From contig NC_092676.1 in assembly GCF_964355755.1 (NCBI RefSeq), forward strand, positions 3,325,888-3,389,887: DNA of 64,000 bases, written 5' to 3'. Positions 1-13,643 of the stretch are shown here, in pieces (the first letter of the stretch is position 1; every line of letters starts with the position of its first letter). The notes under the pieces were generated by a model. The model did not search any database and was not told where the DNA came from. It saw only the letters and a program-made list of their open reading frames with translations. This DNA is from Antedon mediterranea (taxonomy: Eukaryota; Animalia; Echinodermata). Made by a program: the position numbers and the translations under genes.

Positions 1-881
1 CTAAAATAAAAAAAAATTAAAGTGGTCCAGAATTGGGATCCTGTTTTTAGTCGGCTTTGCCTCTCGAAAAATAAACTTCCATCTTTCACCTCATGACATT
101 TTAAACATTCATTTTGTATAGTACAATATTTCATTTAGCCTATGCGTACAAGCAAATGTGGAGTAAAGCTAACTACAGTACGATGACGTCACATTGGTGC
201 GCACGATCATCACTGATGTGCCTACTTAAGAGGTGGCTTCCACTAATCTTTTCTGGTTCAGACCTATAGAGTTGTACGCTTCGTAGGTCTCAACAGGCCC
301 TAAATGATGCACGTATAGGAAAGGGAATGGGTTTGTGGTTCTATGTACTTGATTAAGTCAAATCTACCACGCCCTCTAGAGGGAGAAAACAAGAATTTTG
401 AATTTTAACAAATTAAAAACCATTTTGTAAACTTTGAAATGTTTTTCTTGGTTGGTAATCGCGGGAACTGTAGTCAATAATAAAATCTATTCAAAATAAA
501 AGAACCATGGAAATAGTACTAACCCGACATTCTAAATAAATAGCATACAGTGCGGTGATAATCCTTAACAAAATATTTCATGCAATAATCGGAAACGTGT
601 CAAAAAATTAAGATAGAAATGGCAATACGTTTTAGTAAAACCTTATCTATTGAAAATGCATATACAGCCGGTATACAGTTTTAGCGATATTATTCCCCTA
701 CAGCAATAATGGAATATGATATATCGGATACGCATGCATTTCCTTAATGTCTTATTATTACCAGGAATGGACACAGTGATCAGGAATTTGATTGAGCAAG
801 TGCTTAAACAAGAACCATCTCTAGCATTATACTTAGTATTTGGAAAGTAATCAACCATAGCAAGAAACTACAAAGTGTATA

Positions 882-2456
882 ATGGCTCATCATCAACATT
901 GTACATTGTTGTTGTACAAGTGCCTGATTATATTATATAGTATATTTCACTGTTGCTGTGCAGAATCCTATACTTTTATAAAACATCCACATCCGGTTCT
1001 CGTTACGGAAGGACAAATAGTAACGTTCTCGTGTGAATGGACACCAGAATTGAATAGAAATCATGAGTTGAGATGGATATACTTTCCTGAAGGTAGAGCG
1101 TCTCAACAAATTGCAAGTTCAACATTAAAGTACAATTTAACAACTAAAGCAACATCTTCGTATCTTTCCATTTTCAATGTTGATTCTGATGACGTAGGAA
1201 AATACAGGTGTGATATCGTGGAAAATGGTTCTTACAGTCTTTCTAAACAGGCTGTTATAGTGCTAGGAGAAATAACATGCAATCCAGATTATGATAATGG
1301 TGAGATTGGAACAACGCTGACATGTTTTTATCCTTCTTCTTATCTTTCAAATGATATTGATTTACTATGGTATAAAGACTTCGGAAATAGAGTAATATCA
1401 TACACACAAGACAAAAACGTTTTAGAATCAAGGGCTTTGACTGCCGAAGACGATGGAGCTGAATTTAGATGTCTTATAATTTTTAAAATTAGATCTATAA
1501 CGATAGGATTTTGTAAAACTACTCCCCTAATATTGACTATTGATGCAGAGATTGAACAATCACCACCAGGTCCACTTCAGGTTGGAGATAGCTTTAACCT
1601 TACCTGCTCAGGGAAAGGTAATCCTGATTATTATGAATATGAGTGGGTGTGGAATGGCAACCCAGTAGGATCGTCGATAGATAAACGTAGATTTGCAATA
1701 GCTAGTGTGCTTACTATACCGAGTGTATCAAGCAGTGCTAATGGCAAAATAGTTACTTGTACTATTAGTCGTAGTGGTCGTAACAGCAGTACAGCGAGCT
1801 ATACAATAAACGTTCTAGAGAACATTAGGAGTAGGCCTACTACTACACAATTACAAACAACACCAGGTAGACGTACGCAACAAGTCGTTGCAGACAAACT
1901 ACTACCAACTACACGCTTACACACTACACGTTTACAGTCGACACGTACGCAACAACTCATTACAGACCAACTCTCAGCAACTAATATCTCATCGGGTGAC
2001 GAGCCCCCAACACTAATGGTTGTTATTAGTGTACTTGCAATTTCACTCGTAGTTTCTTTAATATTAATAATATACATGTATTTACAAAAGAGGAACTTAG
2101 CTAGGGACAACACAATTTCTTCAAAACGACCGTCGACTAACATTGGGCACAATTACGATTACATTACGTCATCAGACACACACGTGACTACGGCAGTCAA
2201 TGACATAGATAATAAATACGATTATGCCGTATATCCGTGCACAAGAAATGAGAAAAACGTCACTGCTGAATATATTGAGGTAGTCAACTTTTCCAAAGAT
2301 GACCCAGCAAAACCAGAAAGTAATATCACGGCTGAGTACGATAACGTTGCATTGCAACCAGCAGATATTTGCAGCGAAGAGCCAAAGTACGAAAATAATA
2401 AACTACGTGTTAAACGCTACAAGCATGACAACGTTAACGGCACATCAGATTATTAA
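882..2456 (+). CDS. Ig-superfamily type I membrane receptor, copy 1 (signal peptide, 3 Ig domains, S/T stalk, TM, tail class A)
   Basis: Uninterrupted 524-aa ORF. Signal peptide MAHHQHCTLLLYKCLIILYSIFHCCCA; V-like domain SCEW..W..DDVGKYRC; second domain LTC..LLWYK..LTAEDDGAEFRC; third domain FNLTCSGKGNP..YEW..IVTC; TM LMVVISVLAISLVVSLILIIYMYL followed by QKR; tail motifs NYDYI, YDYAV, EYIEV, EYDNV, KYEN. Confidence 0.9.
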   Translation: MAHHQHCTLLLYKCLIILYSIFHCCCAESYTFIKHPHPVLVTEGQIVTFSCEWTPELNRNHELRWIYFPEGRASQQIASSTLKYNLTTKATSSYLSIFNVDSDDVGKYRCDIVENGSYSLSKQAVIVLGEITCNPDYDNGEIGTTLTCFYPSSYLSNDIDLLWYKDFGNRVISYTQDKNVLESRALTAEDDGAEFRCLIIFKIRSITIGFCKTTPLILTIDAEIEQSPPGPLQVGDSFNLTCSGKGNPDYYEYEWVWNGNPVGSSIDKRRFAIASVLTIPSVSSSANGKIVTCTISRSGRNSSTASYTINVLENIRSRPTTTQLQTTPGRRTQQVVADKLLPTTRLHTTRLQSTRTQQLITDQLSATNISSGDEPPTLMVVISVLAISLVVSLILIIYMYLQKRNLARDNTISSKRPSTNIGHNYDYITSSDTHVTTAVNDIDNKYDYAVYPCTRNEKNVTAEYIEVVNFSKDDPAKPESNITAEYDNVALQPADICSEEPKYENNKLRVKRYKHDNVNGTSDY

Positions 2457-3885
2457 AAAACTCAAACCGATTTAATTAATTATATAAAAATATTTTTTCT
2501 CCAAACTAGAGACCAACGTTTATTTTAATATTGGTCTCTAACTAATGTTAAACGTAGAAAATATATTCAAGAAAGTACCGAATCAAAATCAAGGAAGAGT
2601 GAGATTCTTTTCTGATCTAAATTATATGTAAACGAGCAACACAAAACAATAAGGAAGGAAAGGAGTTTTACGAAAAGATTATCTCAAGGTTTCAAAGCAG
2701 GTACAGTACTATGATTGGTTCACGATCAAGTGCCGGTCCGGTCACGTGTTCAGTTTTACATTCACTTTCAAATAATGTTTTATACAATCAATCCGGGTTC
2801 CGACGAGCACACCCCAAAGAAAAAATCGAGTGAGTTCAATCAGTCATTAGAAAGGATTAATGTTGACTTTGGTTAAACTTTGCTACCTAGTTATTTTCGA
2901 CGATGATATTTGAACATGTTTTGTGCGCATGCGCTGAAAGTATATACGTAATATCACATTACACCGAATGTTTCATGAGACATAGTAAGTCTTATATCGA
3001 TTTAACTTGAAGAAACCGACGAAAACCATTATAGAAATTCAGCAAGGAAATCAAAATAACAAATGGCATAATAAAAAGCTAAAAAAGAAAAGAAAAACAA
3101 ATAATAATCGTTGAATATTTATCCACACAAACTGTGAAGTTGAGTACACAAAGAATACAAGAGATGTTAATACAGTATAGTGAAATATTACTCTATTTTA
3201 TCACATTCAATATCAGTGTGCAGAATTATTGTAAAACAAGTTTCTCCACGCCCAAAAGAAAAGAGGACGAAAACCAAAATATTATGACAGAATTGAAAAC
3301 TAGTAAAAACGGTATAAAAAACATCTTACTTTAACCGTTAACACGACAGGCAAGAAAAAGTTTGTTTCAACCAATCACAGTCACGAACAACTCAGCATTT
3401 ACAACTTAAACTGACCATAACGGTTCCAATTGATAGACGTACTTCACGCCCTCTGAAGGAAAAAAAATGAAAATGTATTAGGAAAGTATTTTTACAGTAG
3501 GTCTATTAAATCATTAATGTTGAATATTTAGTGAGACTGTTTCCTGGTATTTTATTTCTGTAGTGATCAAGGGTATCACTAGTGCTGAAGTAGATCATTC
3601 CAACTTATATAACAACAAAATAAACACACTTGTAGTGTCAACGTTTAATGTTTGACTACTAATATAGGATGTAACCGTATACGAAGTTGGATAAAATGTT
3701 GGATTGAAGTGTTTATAAATCTATGCATGCAATCTACATTTTTATAAGGAAGTTAACTTAAGGCAATGTTTGGAAGTCAGTCAAAGTGCCCGAGTCAGTG
3801 TTTTCTATTAGGCATAAAACAACGTGTGGGAACATCACAACATTATAATTGTTCATAATTAGCTACATTGAATGCAAAGCTTACA

Positions 3886-5582
3886 ATGGCTCATCATCAA
3901 TATTGTACATTGTTGCTTTACAAGTGCCTGATTATATTGTATAGTGTATTTGACTACTATTGTGCACAATCCTATACTTTTACAAAACAACCAAAATCTG
4001 TTCTTGTTGGACAAGGAAACACAGCATCGTTATCGTGTGAATGGACACCAGCATTGAATAAAAACCATGTCGTTTACTGGGCAGCATTCCCTCATGTTGG
4101 TGGGTCGCAAGCAATCGATAGGTCAACTTTAAAGTACAATTTAACAACTATAGAAACATCTGCATATCTTTCCATTCTTAATGTTAGTTACAAAGATGTA
4201 GGAAACTACAGGTGTGATATCTTGAATGGTGGTGATTCATACAATCTTTCACGAGAGGCTTCTGTAGTGCTAGGAGAAATAACTTGCAGTCCAGAGAATG
4301 ACAATGGTGAGATTGGAACAACGCTGACATGTTCTTATTTTTCTTCTTATTATTCACGTGATATTGATTTACTATGGTATAAAAACAGGAAACAAATTAC
4401 ATCAAAAGTACAAAAAAACAATGTTACAAAAACAGGAGCGTTGACTGTCGAAGACGATGGAGCTGTATTTACTTGTACAGCCAGACTCGCATCTCAACAT
4501 CAAGTGATAGGAACTTGTGAAACTATTCCGCTAGTATTGACTATAGATGCAGAGATTGAACAATCACCACCAGGTCCACTTCAGGTAGGTGATATCTTTA
4601 ATCTTACCTGCTCAGGGAAAGGTAATCCTGATTATTATGAATATGAATGGACATGGAATAACAAACCGATACAATCGTCGCCAAGTAAAAATCGATTTGC
4701 AATTGGCAATGTGGTTATTGTGAATAGTGTATCAAGCAGTGACAATGGCAAAATAGTTACTTGTACTATTAGTCGTAGTGGTCGCAACAGCAGTACAGCA
4801 AGTTATACAATAAACGTCTTAGAGCATGTGTTGAGTAAAGCTACATCTTTACAGTCGACATCAAGTACACGTGTACGTACAAATCCATTCCACGTCAAAT
4901 ATCAACAGCAACAGCCAATGTTCGAGATTACGTTTCAATGATAGCAGGTTCACACACAGCATCCTTTACTATCACGCAGCATTCCATTACCGACAACAAG
5001 TCCCAAATAGGCCTACAAACGGTTGTCATTTGCGTATGTGCAATTTTGCTCCTAGTTTCTGTAATAACAATAATAAACCTATGTGTGTATTTGCAAAAAA
5101 CAAAAAAGAAAAACACAATTCCTTCAGATCGAATCTCCAATAATCGACAGTCAAATAATGTTGGACATGTTTACGATTATTTTACATCATCTGGCATACA
5201 CGTGACCACGACAGCCAGTGACGAAGTTCAGTATGATTATGCTATTTACCCGGGCACACAAATCATCGAGGGGGTGAATAGCACGGAAAACGAATACGAG
5301 GTTGGTGTATTATCTTCACGTACTGATAGTTTCAGAAAAGTCTGCACAAGTGATAAAGAGCTTGAGTACGAACATGATGACACAATAGGCCTAGGCCTAC
5401 ATCTCAAAGATATGACAGGCACTAATACTTCCGAAAATACATTAGATATTAGGAACAAAATAATTAAACTATGTACGCGCCTGAATGCAGCTGGTGGCAC
5501 TGATGTAAACCTGTACGAAAATAAATCTGTATGTACAAAAGCAGTGACGTCAGCTACGACATCTTTTATACAAAAGAGATAA
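3886..5582 (+). pseudogene. Ig receptor copy 2 with a 1-nt frameshift in the stalk (pseudogene, secreted form, or sequence error)
   Basis: ATG at 3886; three Ig domains in ORF 3868-4941. The stalk, TM (VVICVCAILLLVSVITIINLCVYL) and tail continue in another frame (ORF 4938-5582). Alignment to copy 3 suggests a 1-nt loss near 4887 (ccattccacgt versus expected ccaattccacgt). Confidence 0.8.
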
Positions 5583-6899
5583 AAACACAGGGATTGCATC
5601 AACTGAACACCTATACTCGAACGTTATATGTAGCAGTAATAGCAAATATACCGTATTTAATCGCAATATTATCGAAAACTCTTATAATAATCCTAGGCCT
5701 ATATTATAAAAAATCCTGGCATTGAGCGAAATAGAAATAAGAAATAAATAATAATAAAAGAGAAATATATCCAGTTGATAATTATATTTTCATTGTTTCA
5801 CTATAGCCCGTATTGGGCCCGTATTAGCCTAAATGTTTCTGACACTAATGCAAGTATTTACATTTTTTTTGTAGTGCTTGAAACAACAGTTAACGACAAT
5901 TATTATCGTCTTATGATTATTATAAATGTATAGTAGTTGTATTTGGTGTACAACAATTAATTCAAAATTACGTTTATTATGATTAGAAAAAATAACAAGA
6001 ATGTGGATTGTATGAGATTTATTAAATATCATTGTGTTTGTTGTTCAAGGAAGTAAATTAAAATTATTTTATAAAGAAAACGTTTGGAATGAAAATGAAG
6101 AAGAAGAAAAAGTTTTACCAACGATTAAGAAGAATTTGGGACTTCTTGAAATAAGGAGAATAATGTTTTAATGTTTATCTAATCTATCTTAGATTAGTTT
6201 ATTTTATCTTAATTTGTTTATCTGTGTGTTCACAGGAAATCATATTTTGAGGTAAAGTTTTCAGCCCTAATGAGACTCCTTGAGCTTTAATTTTTTTTTA
6301 TTTTTTGATGTCCTTAACTCAGTTTTATATTAATGTCGTTTACTGTTTTTGTATTTAATTGTCTATAGATTTTATACATTTTTATATATATGCAAATATT
6401 TTCATATAAATTTCAACCTTTTTAATGTAAAATGTTACGGTTTTTAGACAAATAAATGAATTATTATTATTATTATGCGATATGTGTAATGTTTCTTTAT
6501 GACGCATTCGTGAACACTGTAATCAGAAAAAAATATCAAATAAAATAAAAAAGGGCTGTTTCTAAGTTGCTACGTTTTAATGATAAAAGGGTTAATTGGC
6601 CAACAAGAGGTGAAAATTAGCTTGGCGACTTTATTTCTGAGTAAAGTAGAACATTATCAATCAACAAACTGAACTGTTGCCATTGATTGACTTCCCACCC
6701 AATTCGTTCCCGGGACAAGAACGTTTGCTACATACAAAATACAGTTATAGGAGGCGGTATACAATACTAGAAAAATGTTGAATGCTTCCTCGTGATAACT
6801 GTGTAATGTAGTTGACAAAAGTACATTTTTCTACAATATTAATAAAAATATTGTATGAGCATTATTTTATAACATTTGTATAAACATCAACTCGGGAGA

Positions 6900-7040
6900 G
6901 AGAGAGAGATAAAACAGACAGCGGAAATAAATATGACTGCGTGACGTCAGCAATGAAAACGATGACCACTAAAACAGACAGTACGAATGAGTATGATTAT
7001 GTGGAAACATAGGTGCAGCCACGGTGAAGAACGATTGTCA
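6900..7040 (+). pseudogene. Orphan fragment of a receptor cytoplasmic tail (NEYDYVET module)
   Basis: aatgagtatgattatgtggaaaca and flanking sequence are homologous to 37035-37060, 50370-50392 and 62398-62422. Confidence 0.6.
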
Positions 7041-8089
7041 CTGGAAGAAGTCAGTAAAAACGGAAAGGCGTACTGTAGGCCTATATAAAAACTCAAATGT
7101 TGATGCACATTTTGCAGAATGTGTACTAAACGTTGAAACTTCATATTCAAATATAATTGATTATAAAAACAACCTTCAAAATGAAGGAAAAACATTAAAA
7201 GTGAAACAATTAATTTATTTTACTTTAGATTTTACTTGCCTTTCGGTTCAATACTCAGTATATAGCTTCGTTCACACAGAAGACGGCTTCGTTCAACCCT
7301 TTACAGGATTTCCATTATTTAACAGAACAGCGCCGTTTTCAACTTCGTGTGAATATAACTTAAAATCATCTAAAATTACAAATATTTACTTCAACTGAAT
7401 ATTCCGTAATACAGTATCACATGTGAATCACATGTATCTCCTAGTATATCATAGACCATAACCCAACCATTAACCTTTAACCTTATACATAATACAAACA
7501 CCACTGTGGTGGTACACATGAGATGCTGTTTAATTGGGAATGTTCCTATTATACATCTTGTCGTATGCAGAGACACAGCACTGAGAATCAGGTAGTTAAT
7601 TAGTTTGCAAATTCGGGTCATCAGCCAATCACGAGGCTTAACCATATTCTGGTTCATTATTTGGTAAATTTCTAAGCTATGAATTAAAGTTAGAATTGAA
7701 GGGATGTCTTCGGCTTTCGGGAATGTACCAATTTTAGTTTTCGGTCCTAAACATAGTGCCACAACATTCTATTAAATATAGTACTCATAGCATAGAACTA
7801 AAATAAACGTTTATTTTATAAACTCACTTTGTACTTTATCAAATGAATTGTTTCACAAACAAAAATGTTGAAACTGAAACTTACTGGTAATAATTTAAGA
7901 AAACATCACCGAATAGTTGTCACGAACACATCAGGTGTGTCAAAGTTTTCAATGGAAGTTTTTTGTTTTTGTTATTAAATTATTTTTCTGAAAGAGATAC
8001 ATGCTTTTTTTTATTAGGGGTCTCTAACTAATGCATATTATAAAGTACTGTATTTAAGAAGTTATAGGTTTACAACTAAATTATTTCAA

Positions 8090-8178
8090 AAGGAGCAACA
8101 ACATAAATGGAAGGAGCAACAACAAAGATAGAAGAAGCAACAACAAAAATGGAAGTAGCAACAACAAAAATGGAAGAA
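8090..8178. repeat. ~21-bp tandem repeat, about 4 copies
   Basis: Repeated unit approximately GGAAGGAGCAACAACAAAAAT. Confidence 0.7.
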
Positions 8179-9157
8179 TCAAAGTTTTGCTTATTAGTAC
8201 GATTTTAACACATTAATGTTACTGTTCCAAATGTTACGGTCCGTCATGTATTTATTTTACAGATATCTTTATAAACCTAGATGACCTCCTTTATATTATT
8301 TCATGAAATATTTATATCAATTTAATTTGAAGAAACCGACGAAAACTGATTTAGAATTTCAGCATGGAAATCAGGAAAACAAATGGATACATAGTTTTAA
8401 AAAAAGGGAAAACAAAATACTAATCGGTGAATATTTATCTACAAAAATTGTTGATTGATTGATTTACAAGAAACTTTAAAAGAATACAATATATGTTACA
8501 GTAAAAATATCCATTGAGGCCTATTTTATCACATTCATTATCAGTGCAGAATTACCGTAAACGTAAGTTTCTCCCCACCCAAAAGAAAAGAGTACAACAA
8601 CCAAAGTATCACGAAATATAAGAATAGTAAAAAACCTCTTGATTTAACCGTTAACACGACATTTGCTACTACAGTCAAGATAATGTTATTTAGAGTGTTT
8701 TAACCAATCACAGTCACGAACTACTCAGCATTTACAATTAAATTCTCACTGATCACGCCTCCGACTGATAAACGTATATCGCGCCCTCTTGAAGAAAATG
8801 GCAATGTATTAGGAAAGTATTTTTAAAGTATTACATCATTAATGTTGAATATTCAGTGGCGCTATTTCCCGGTATTTTATTTCTGCAGTAATCAAGTGTA
8901 CCACTAGTAGTGAAGTAGATCATCCCAACCTATATAACAACAAAATAAAGACACAAGTGCCAACGTTAAATGATTGCTACGAATACAGGATCTAACCGTA
9001 TAGGAAGTTATTTAATACTGGATATAATGTTGGATTGAAGTGTTTATAAATTGAGTACCATTTGCGTGTGAACAAGCAAACATTATTTAATGTCTAAAAC
9101 ATTATTACTGGTACATCGATCGTCTTATGATATCTAATATTGACTACAGGGTTTAAA

Positions 9158-11053
9158 ATGGTTCATCATCAACATTGGGCATTGCTGTTTTACAAGTGCT
9201 TGATTATATTGTTTAGTATTTTTCACTGCTGTTGTGCAGCACGATCCTATAATTTTACAAAACAACCAGAATCTGTTCTTGTTGGACAAGGAATCACAGC
9301 AACATTATCATGTGAATGGGCACCAGCATTGAAGGAAACACATACGGTTGCATGGTCAGCATTCCCACGTGGTGGTACGTCTCATCTAATTGAAAGTTCA
9401 ACATCAAAATACAATCTAACAACTAAAGCAACCTTATCATATCTTTCCATTTTCAATGTTGGTTACAATGATGTAGGAAAATACAGGTGTGATATCTCGG
9501 ATGACAGTTTCAGTCTTTCTAAAGAGGCTTCTGTAGTTCTAGGAGAAATAGTGTGCAATCCAAAGAATGGCAATGATGAGATTGGAACAACGCTGACATG
9601 TTCTTTTACTTCTTCTCATCCTTCAAATAATATTGATTTACATTTGTATAAAGATGGACAATCAAATAAAACAGAAGTAAAACTACAACATAATAATATG
9701 TTAGAATCAAGGGATTTGACTGCCGAAGACTATGGAGTTCTATTTATGTGTAAAGCTACATTAGGAGGTGATGTGATAGGAACTTGTGAAACTACTCCGC
9801 TGCTGCCCATAGATGCAGAGATTGAACAATCACCACCAGGTACACTTCAGGTTGGTGATAGCTTCAACCTTACATGCTCAGCGAAAGGTAATCCTGATTA
9901 TTATGAATATGAATGGGCGTGGAATGACAAACCTGTACAATCTTCACCAAGCAAAAGACGATTTGCAATAGGTAATGTGCTTACTGTAGAGAGTGTATCA
10001 AGCAAAGCCAATGGCAAAATAGTTAATTGTACTATTAGTCGTGAAGATCGTAACAGTAGTATAGCAACCTATACAGTGAAAGTTTTAGAGCAAATGACTA
10101 CACGTTTGCAGTCGACATCTGGTACGCGTACGCGCAACTCAATTACGCGTCAACTATCAACCAACCTCCCTGATGACGAGTCCCCAAAAGTAACGACTAC
10201 ACGTTTACAGTCGACACTAGGTACACGTACGTACAAGCCAATTACCGTCAGACTATCAGAAACTAATTTCCAGGATAATGATTCTACAATTGTAATCATT
10301 GTCATCATTGGCGGAGTTGCGATAGCTCTTGTGAGTTTGATAACAGCATTTATAATTTACTTTTTAAAGAAAAGGCACAAGAAACAGTACGACAAAGAAG
10401 AGACAAAACCCGAAAATGTACCATTGGAAAAACCAGTGTACGGTAACACAGAACAAAACATTAACAGTTCTGAAATAGATAATGACCTATGTGAAAATGT
10501 GGAGACAATGTACGCAGAACCTGACATGTCAGAAAATGGTTGGCATATCAAATATAACACGCCACAGAATGCAGTAAACATTCATAAAACTGATGATTCT
10601 TTAGGTAAGTCAATGAAACCTAATGGAACGAGTGATGCTAAGCCGAGAAAAACGACAAGTGCCGAAAGTACAGATGCAATACAAGTAAAACCGATCAAGG
10701 CCCACAGTAAAGAAATTATTGAAGATTTGTATTCTAAGCCCAACAAACGGAATGCGAAAACGCTGATCGAGGCCCACAGCCAAGAGAATATTGAAGATCT
10801 GTATACTAGGCCTAATAAACCGACTGCAAGCAGACCAACCAAGGCCCACAATGTTAAAGAAAGTCTGGAAGATCTGTATTCTAAGCCCAACAAACCAACG
10901 ACAAGAACGCCAGAAATTACGCACGAAGATCCTACTAAGAAAAATGTAGAAGGCTTATCGTACGCAGAAATAGAGTTTAAAAGCGGTACGTTCCCAGCTC
11001 CTGGACCACAGGACTACGGGCTTGATTACGCAACTGTACAGATTAAGAAGTAA
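9158..11053 (+). CDS. Ig receptor copy 3, tail class B (ITIM-like)
   Basis: Intact ORF (ATG 9158) with three Ig domains and TM IVIIVIIGGVAIALVSLITAFIIYFL. Tail has VYGN, MYAEP, three EDLY(S/T)(K/R)PNK repeats, LSYAEI and C-terminal LDYATV. Confidence 0.9.
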   Translation: MVHHQHWALLFYKCLIILFSIFHCCCAARSYNFTKQPESVLVGQGITATLSCEWAPALKETHTVAWSAFPRGGTSHLIESSTSKYNLTTKATLSYLSIFNVGYNDVGKYRCDISDDSFSLSKEASVVLGEIVCNPKNGNDEIGTTLTCSFTSSHPSNNIDLHLYKDGQSNKTEVKLQHNNMLESRDLTAEDYGVLFMCKATLGGDVIGTCETTPLLPIDAEIEQSPPGTLQVGDSFNLTCSAKGNPDYYEYEWAWNDKPVQSSPSKRRFAIGNVLTVESVSSKANGKIVNCTISREDRNSSIATYTVKVLEQMTTRLQSTSGTRTRNSITRQLSTNLPDDESPKVTTTRLQSTLGTRTYKPITVRLSETNFQDNDSTIVIIVIIGGVAIALVSLITAFIIYFLKKRHKKQYDKEETKPENVPLEKPVYGNTEQNINSSEIDNDLCENVETMYAEPDMSENGWHIKYNTPQNAVNIHKTDDSLGKSMKPNGTSDAKPRKTTSAESTDAIQVKPIKAHSKEIIEDLYSKPNKRNAKTLIEAHSQENIEDLYTRPNKPTASRPTKAHNVKESLEDLYSKPNKPTTRTPEITHEDPTKKNVEGLSYAEIEFKSGTFPAPGPQDYGLDYATVQIKK

Positions 11054-12490
11054 GGTGATATTGTTACGTAACCGTTACGTATTTACCGTTTACGTTGTAA
11101 CATATTTTAATACGTTTATCATTAACACATGTTGCAGAAATCAATATTAATCAACCTTCGGTATGTGACCTTACCATTTGGTCAAATCGCTCGTGACAGT
11201 TTTATGCAATGTGTATGTAGGCCTAAGATTAAAACAGAAGATTTAAAATAACAGCCATTATCTACGTTAACGCGGATTGTTGTTGCAGAGTTGTTTCTGT
11301 AACTTTGTATACAGTTTTTCATATAATTGACATAAAGTACCATAATATTCTATGATAAATAAATACATAAATAGCCTGGATGCATTACAGCCACTATAAA
11401 TATATAATTTAATAAAAGAACACTTGTTGGTAATTGTAAATATTACAGATGTACAGTCAAATAACTCTTAGATATCATAGCTTTAAATCCGTTTACTTAA
11501 TAATAGACGTATTGTAGTTGAATTCGGTTGCTTATCTATTTTGGTATTTAATTTAAAATAATCAATCTTGTATTATGTCGGCCTAATTAACCTTGCGCAT
11601 ATAAATAAGTTACTTAATATATTTTTTTATTTTAAAGAAACCGATGTAGGCCTACAGTATACCGTATTTTAATGAATACTACTTAATATATTTTCTATTT
11701 TAAAGAAACTGATGTAAACCTATACCGTTGTATTTTAATGAATACTAGCAGAACAAGAACATCTCGAAAATAGACTTTCAGTTATTATCATTATTATAAT
11801 TGATTTATATTGATTAGATAGCTAATAATATTGATTATGCAATCTAAGATATTGATTATGTATTTGATAGTGATTGTTATTGTTTTTTTTTCAAGAGCAA
11901 ACCACACCAAAATAGATTTTCATTTTTATTACCATTATCATAATTGATTTATATTGATTAGATAGCTTAATATTATTGATTATGAAATTAAAGTTATTGA
12001 TTATGTATTTGATATTGATTGTTATTGGGTTTTCAAATGAAAGCCAAATGTGTAAGTTATTTTTCGTTCTTGTATGAGGAAGCGAACTGAACAATTATTT
12101 TGGAAATGAGGAGATTGAAACAACACTGACGAGATCAAGGAAGTACAGGAAACAATTGGCAAGAGTTATGAGTTATATAAACACTAACATTGATGTACGA
12201 GGTTAGAGATAAGTGGTTACATTAATTCCCTTTCTGTCGATGGTACTTTGTACAATTCTCCCCCAATTTTCAACAAGTCCACACGGACTTCCGGAAAAAA
12301 ATAATTCAACATGATTCTGCATGATCAAACCAACAAGAAAACAGGGCCATATACATGGCTGCAGTCACGTGGTCAAGTTAGTGTTTGCCGACCAACCGAC
12401 CGACATAATGAGCGGAAGAAAGTAATTGAAAGTTCAAGATTAGTTAGAGATTGATGGTTACTTTCCTGTGGTAATTCGTTCAACTCTTAA

Positions 12491-12645
12491 GCTCTGTCTA
12501 CACTATCAAACTAGTTTGACGAAAAAGGATGTGATGTACCCAAATATGGTAGTGATATTCCCAACAATGGTAGTGGTATATTATGTCCATATATGGGCCC
12601 TTCACATTTTTTTTGTCACATAACATTTGATATTGTAGACAAAGC
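12491..12645. mobile_element. Small palindromic MITE (PIF/Harbinger-like)
   Basis: Ends gctctgtctacactatcaaa ... tttgatattgtagacaaagc with TAA/TTA flanks. A related copy lies in the opposite orientation at 13493-13643. Confidence 0.6.
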
Positions 12646-13492
12646 TTTACTGTTTAAACAAAATGACCCACATTTTTCATTTTATTTGAAATTCATATAC
12701 AATTTAGATTTCAAAGATTTTTTTGTTATCTTTTGTGGTTCACCACCACATTTATTCATTCAATGTTTCATTAGGGCCTACATAATTTGTTACCATTATT
12801 TTCTGTTTTTTCCTCATTAATATCATAATTTTAACCTTTAGTATCATCATTAATAAACATTCATTTGTTATTTTGTTTTCAGAATTACTAAACATTAATA
12901 TACAGAGTATTTACTTCTTAACATTCTTTTTTTTTGCTAAATCTTCTATTTACAAAATCAATTGTATATTAATTAAATACTTAGATTTCAAAGATAAAAA
13001 CACACAAAGTAACGCAAAAGGTTCAAGTATGTTTTTTTTAGCTTGTGGTTCATCAATATATATAAGATTGCACTGCGGTAATGTACCGGTACTGCAATGG
13101 TAACAAGTTAAAACCAAACTAACTTCTCCTTCTCGATACTGGAGTAAAACTACAATTTATAACGCCTTCGATTTAAATTCCAAAAGGTAAAACAATGTTG
13201 TTTTTGCTTTATATTTTCCTTCGTGGTTCATCAATTGCACGGTAATGTACCGGTATTACTGGTAATAAGTTAAAACCAAACCAATTTCTCTTTCTCCATA
13301 CTGATAGTAAACTATAATTTAAAGACTAAAACGAACTCCTTCGAGGAAGCAACGGCAATGGAAATTAAAGGGCGACAAATTTTACTTAATTCGTTTTTTA
13401 TGACATTAAATGGTCGCACAGACACTTCTGTTCATATCAAAACAAACAAGTTACGAAAACAGTAAGCCCTAATAAGGAAATAAGAGCATATG

Positions 13493-13643
13493 AAGCCCTG
13501 TCCACACTATCTAACTTTATGTAAAAAGTTATTGCCCATAAACGGACATGATGATGTCACATCACTACCATATTTGGGCATACCACTACTATGGGCACAT
13601 CACACTTTTGTTGTCAAACTAGTTCGATAGTGTAGACAGAGCT
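13493..13643. mobile_element. Second copy of the small MITE, inverted
   Basis: agccctgtccacactatc ... gatagtgtagacagagct; shares internal cactaccatatttgggca with the reverse complement of the 12491 copy. Confidence 0.6.

Noticed and set aside
772-810. Perfect CACAGTG heptamer upstream of copy 1 (also at 30243), suggesting V(D)J-like rearrangement of the Ig genes
   Set aside because: No nonamer at 12 or 23 nt, and the V domains are already contiguous with the rest of each ORF. No evidence of split V segments.
2269-2350. EYIEV...EYDNV as a canonical ITAM
   Set aside because: The spacing far exceeds YxxL/I-x6-8-YxxL/I, so these were kept only as generic SH2-binding motifs.
7391-7762. 123-aa minus-strand ORF
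   Set aside because: Non-ATG start, no recognisable domain and no paralog in the window.
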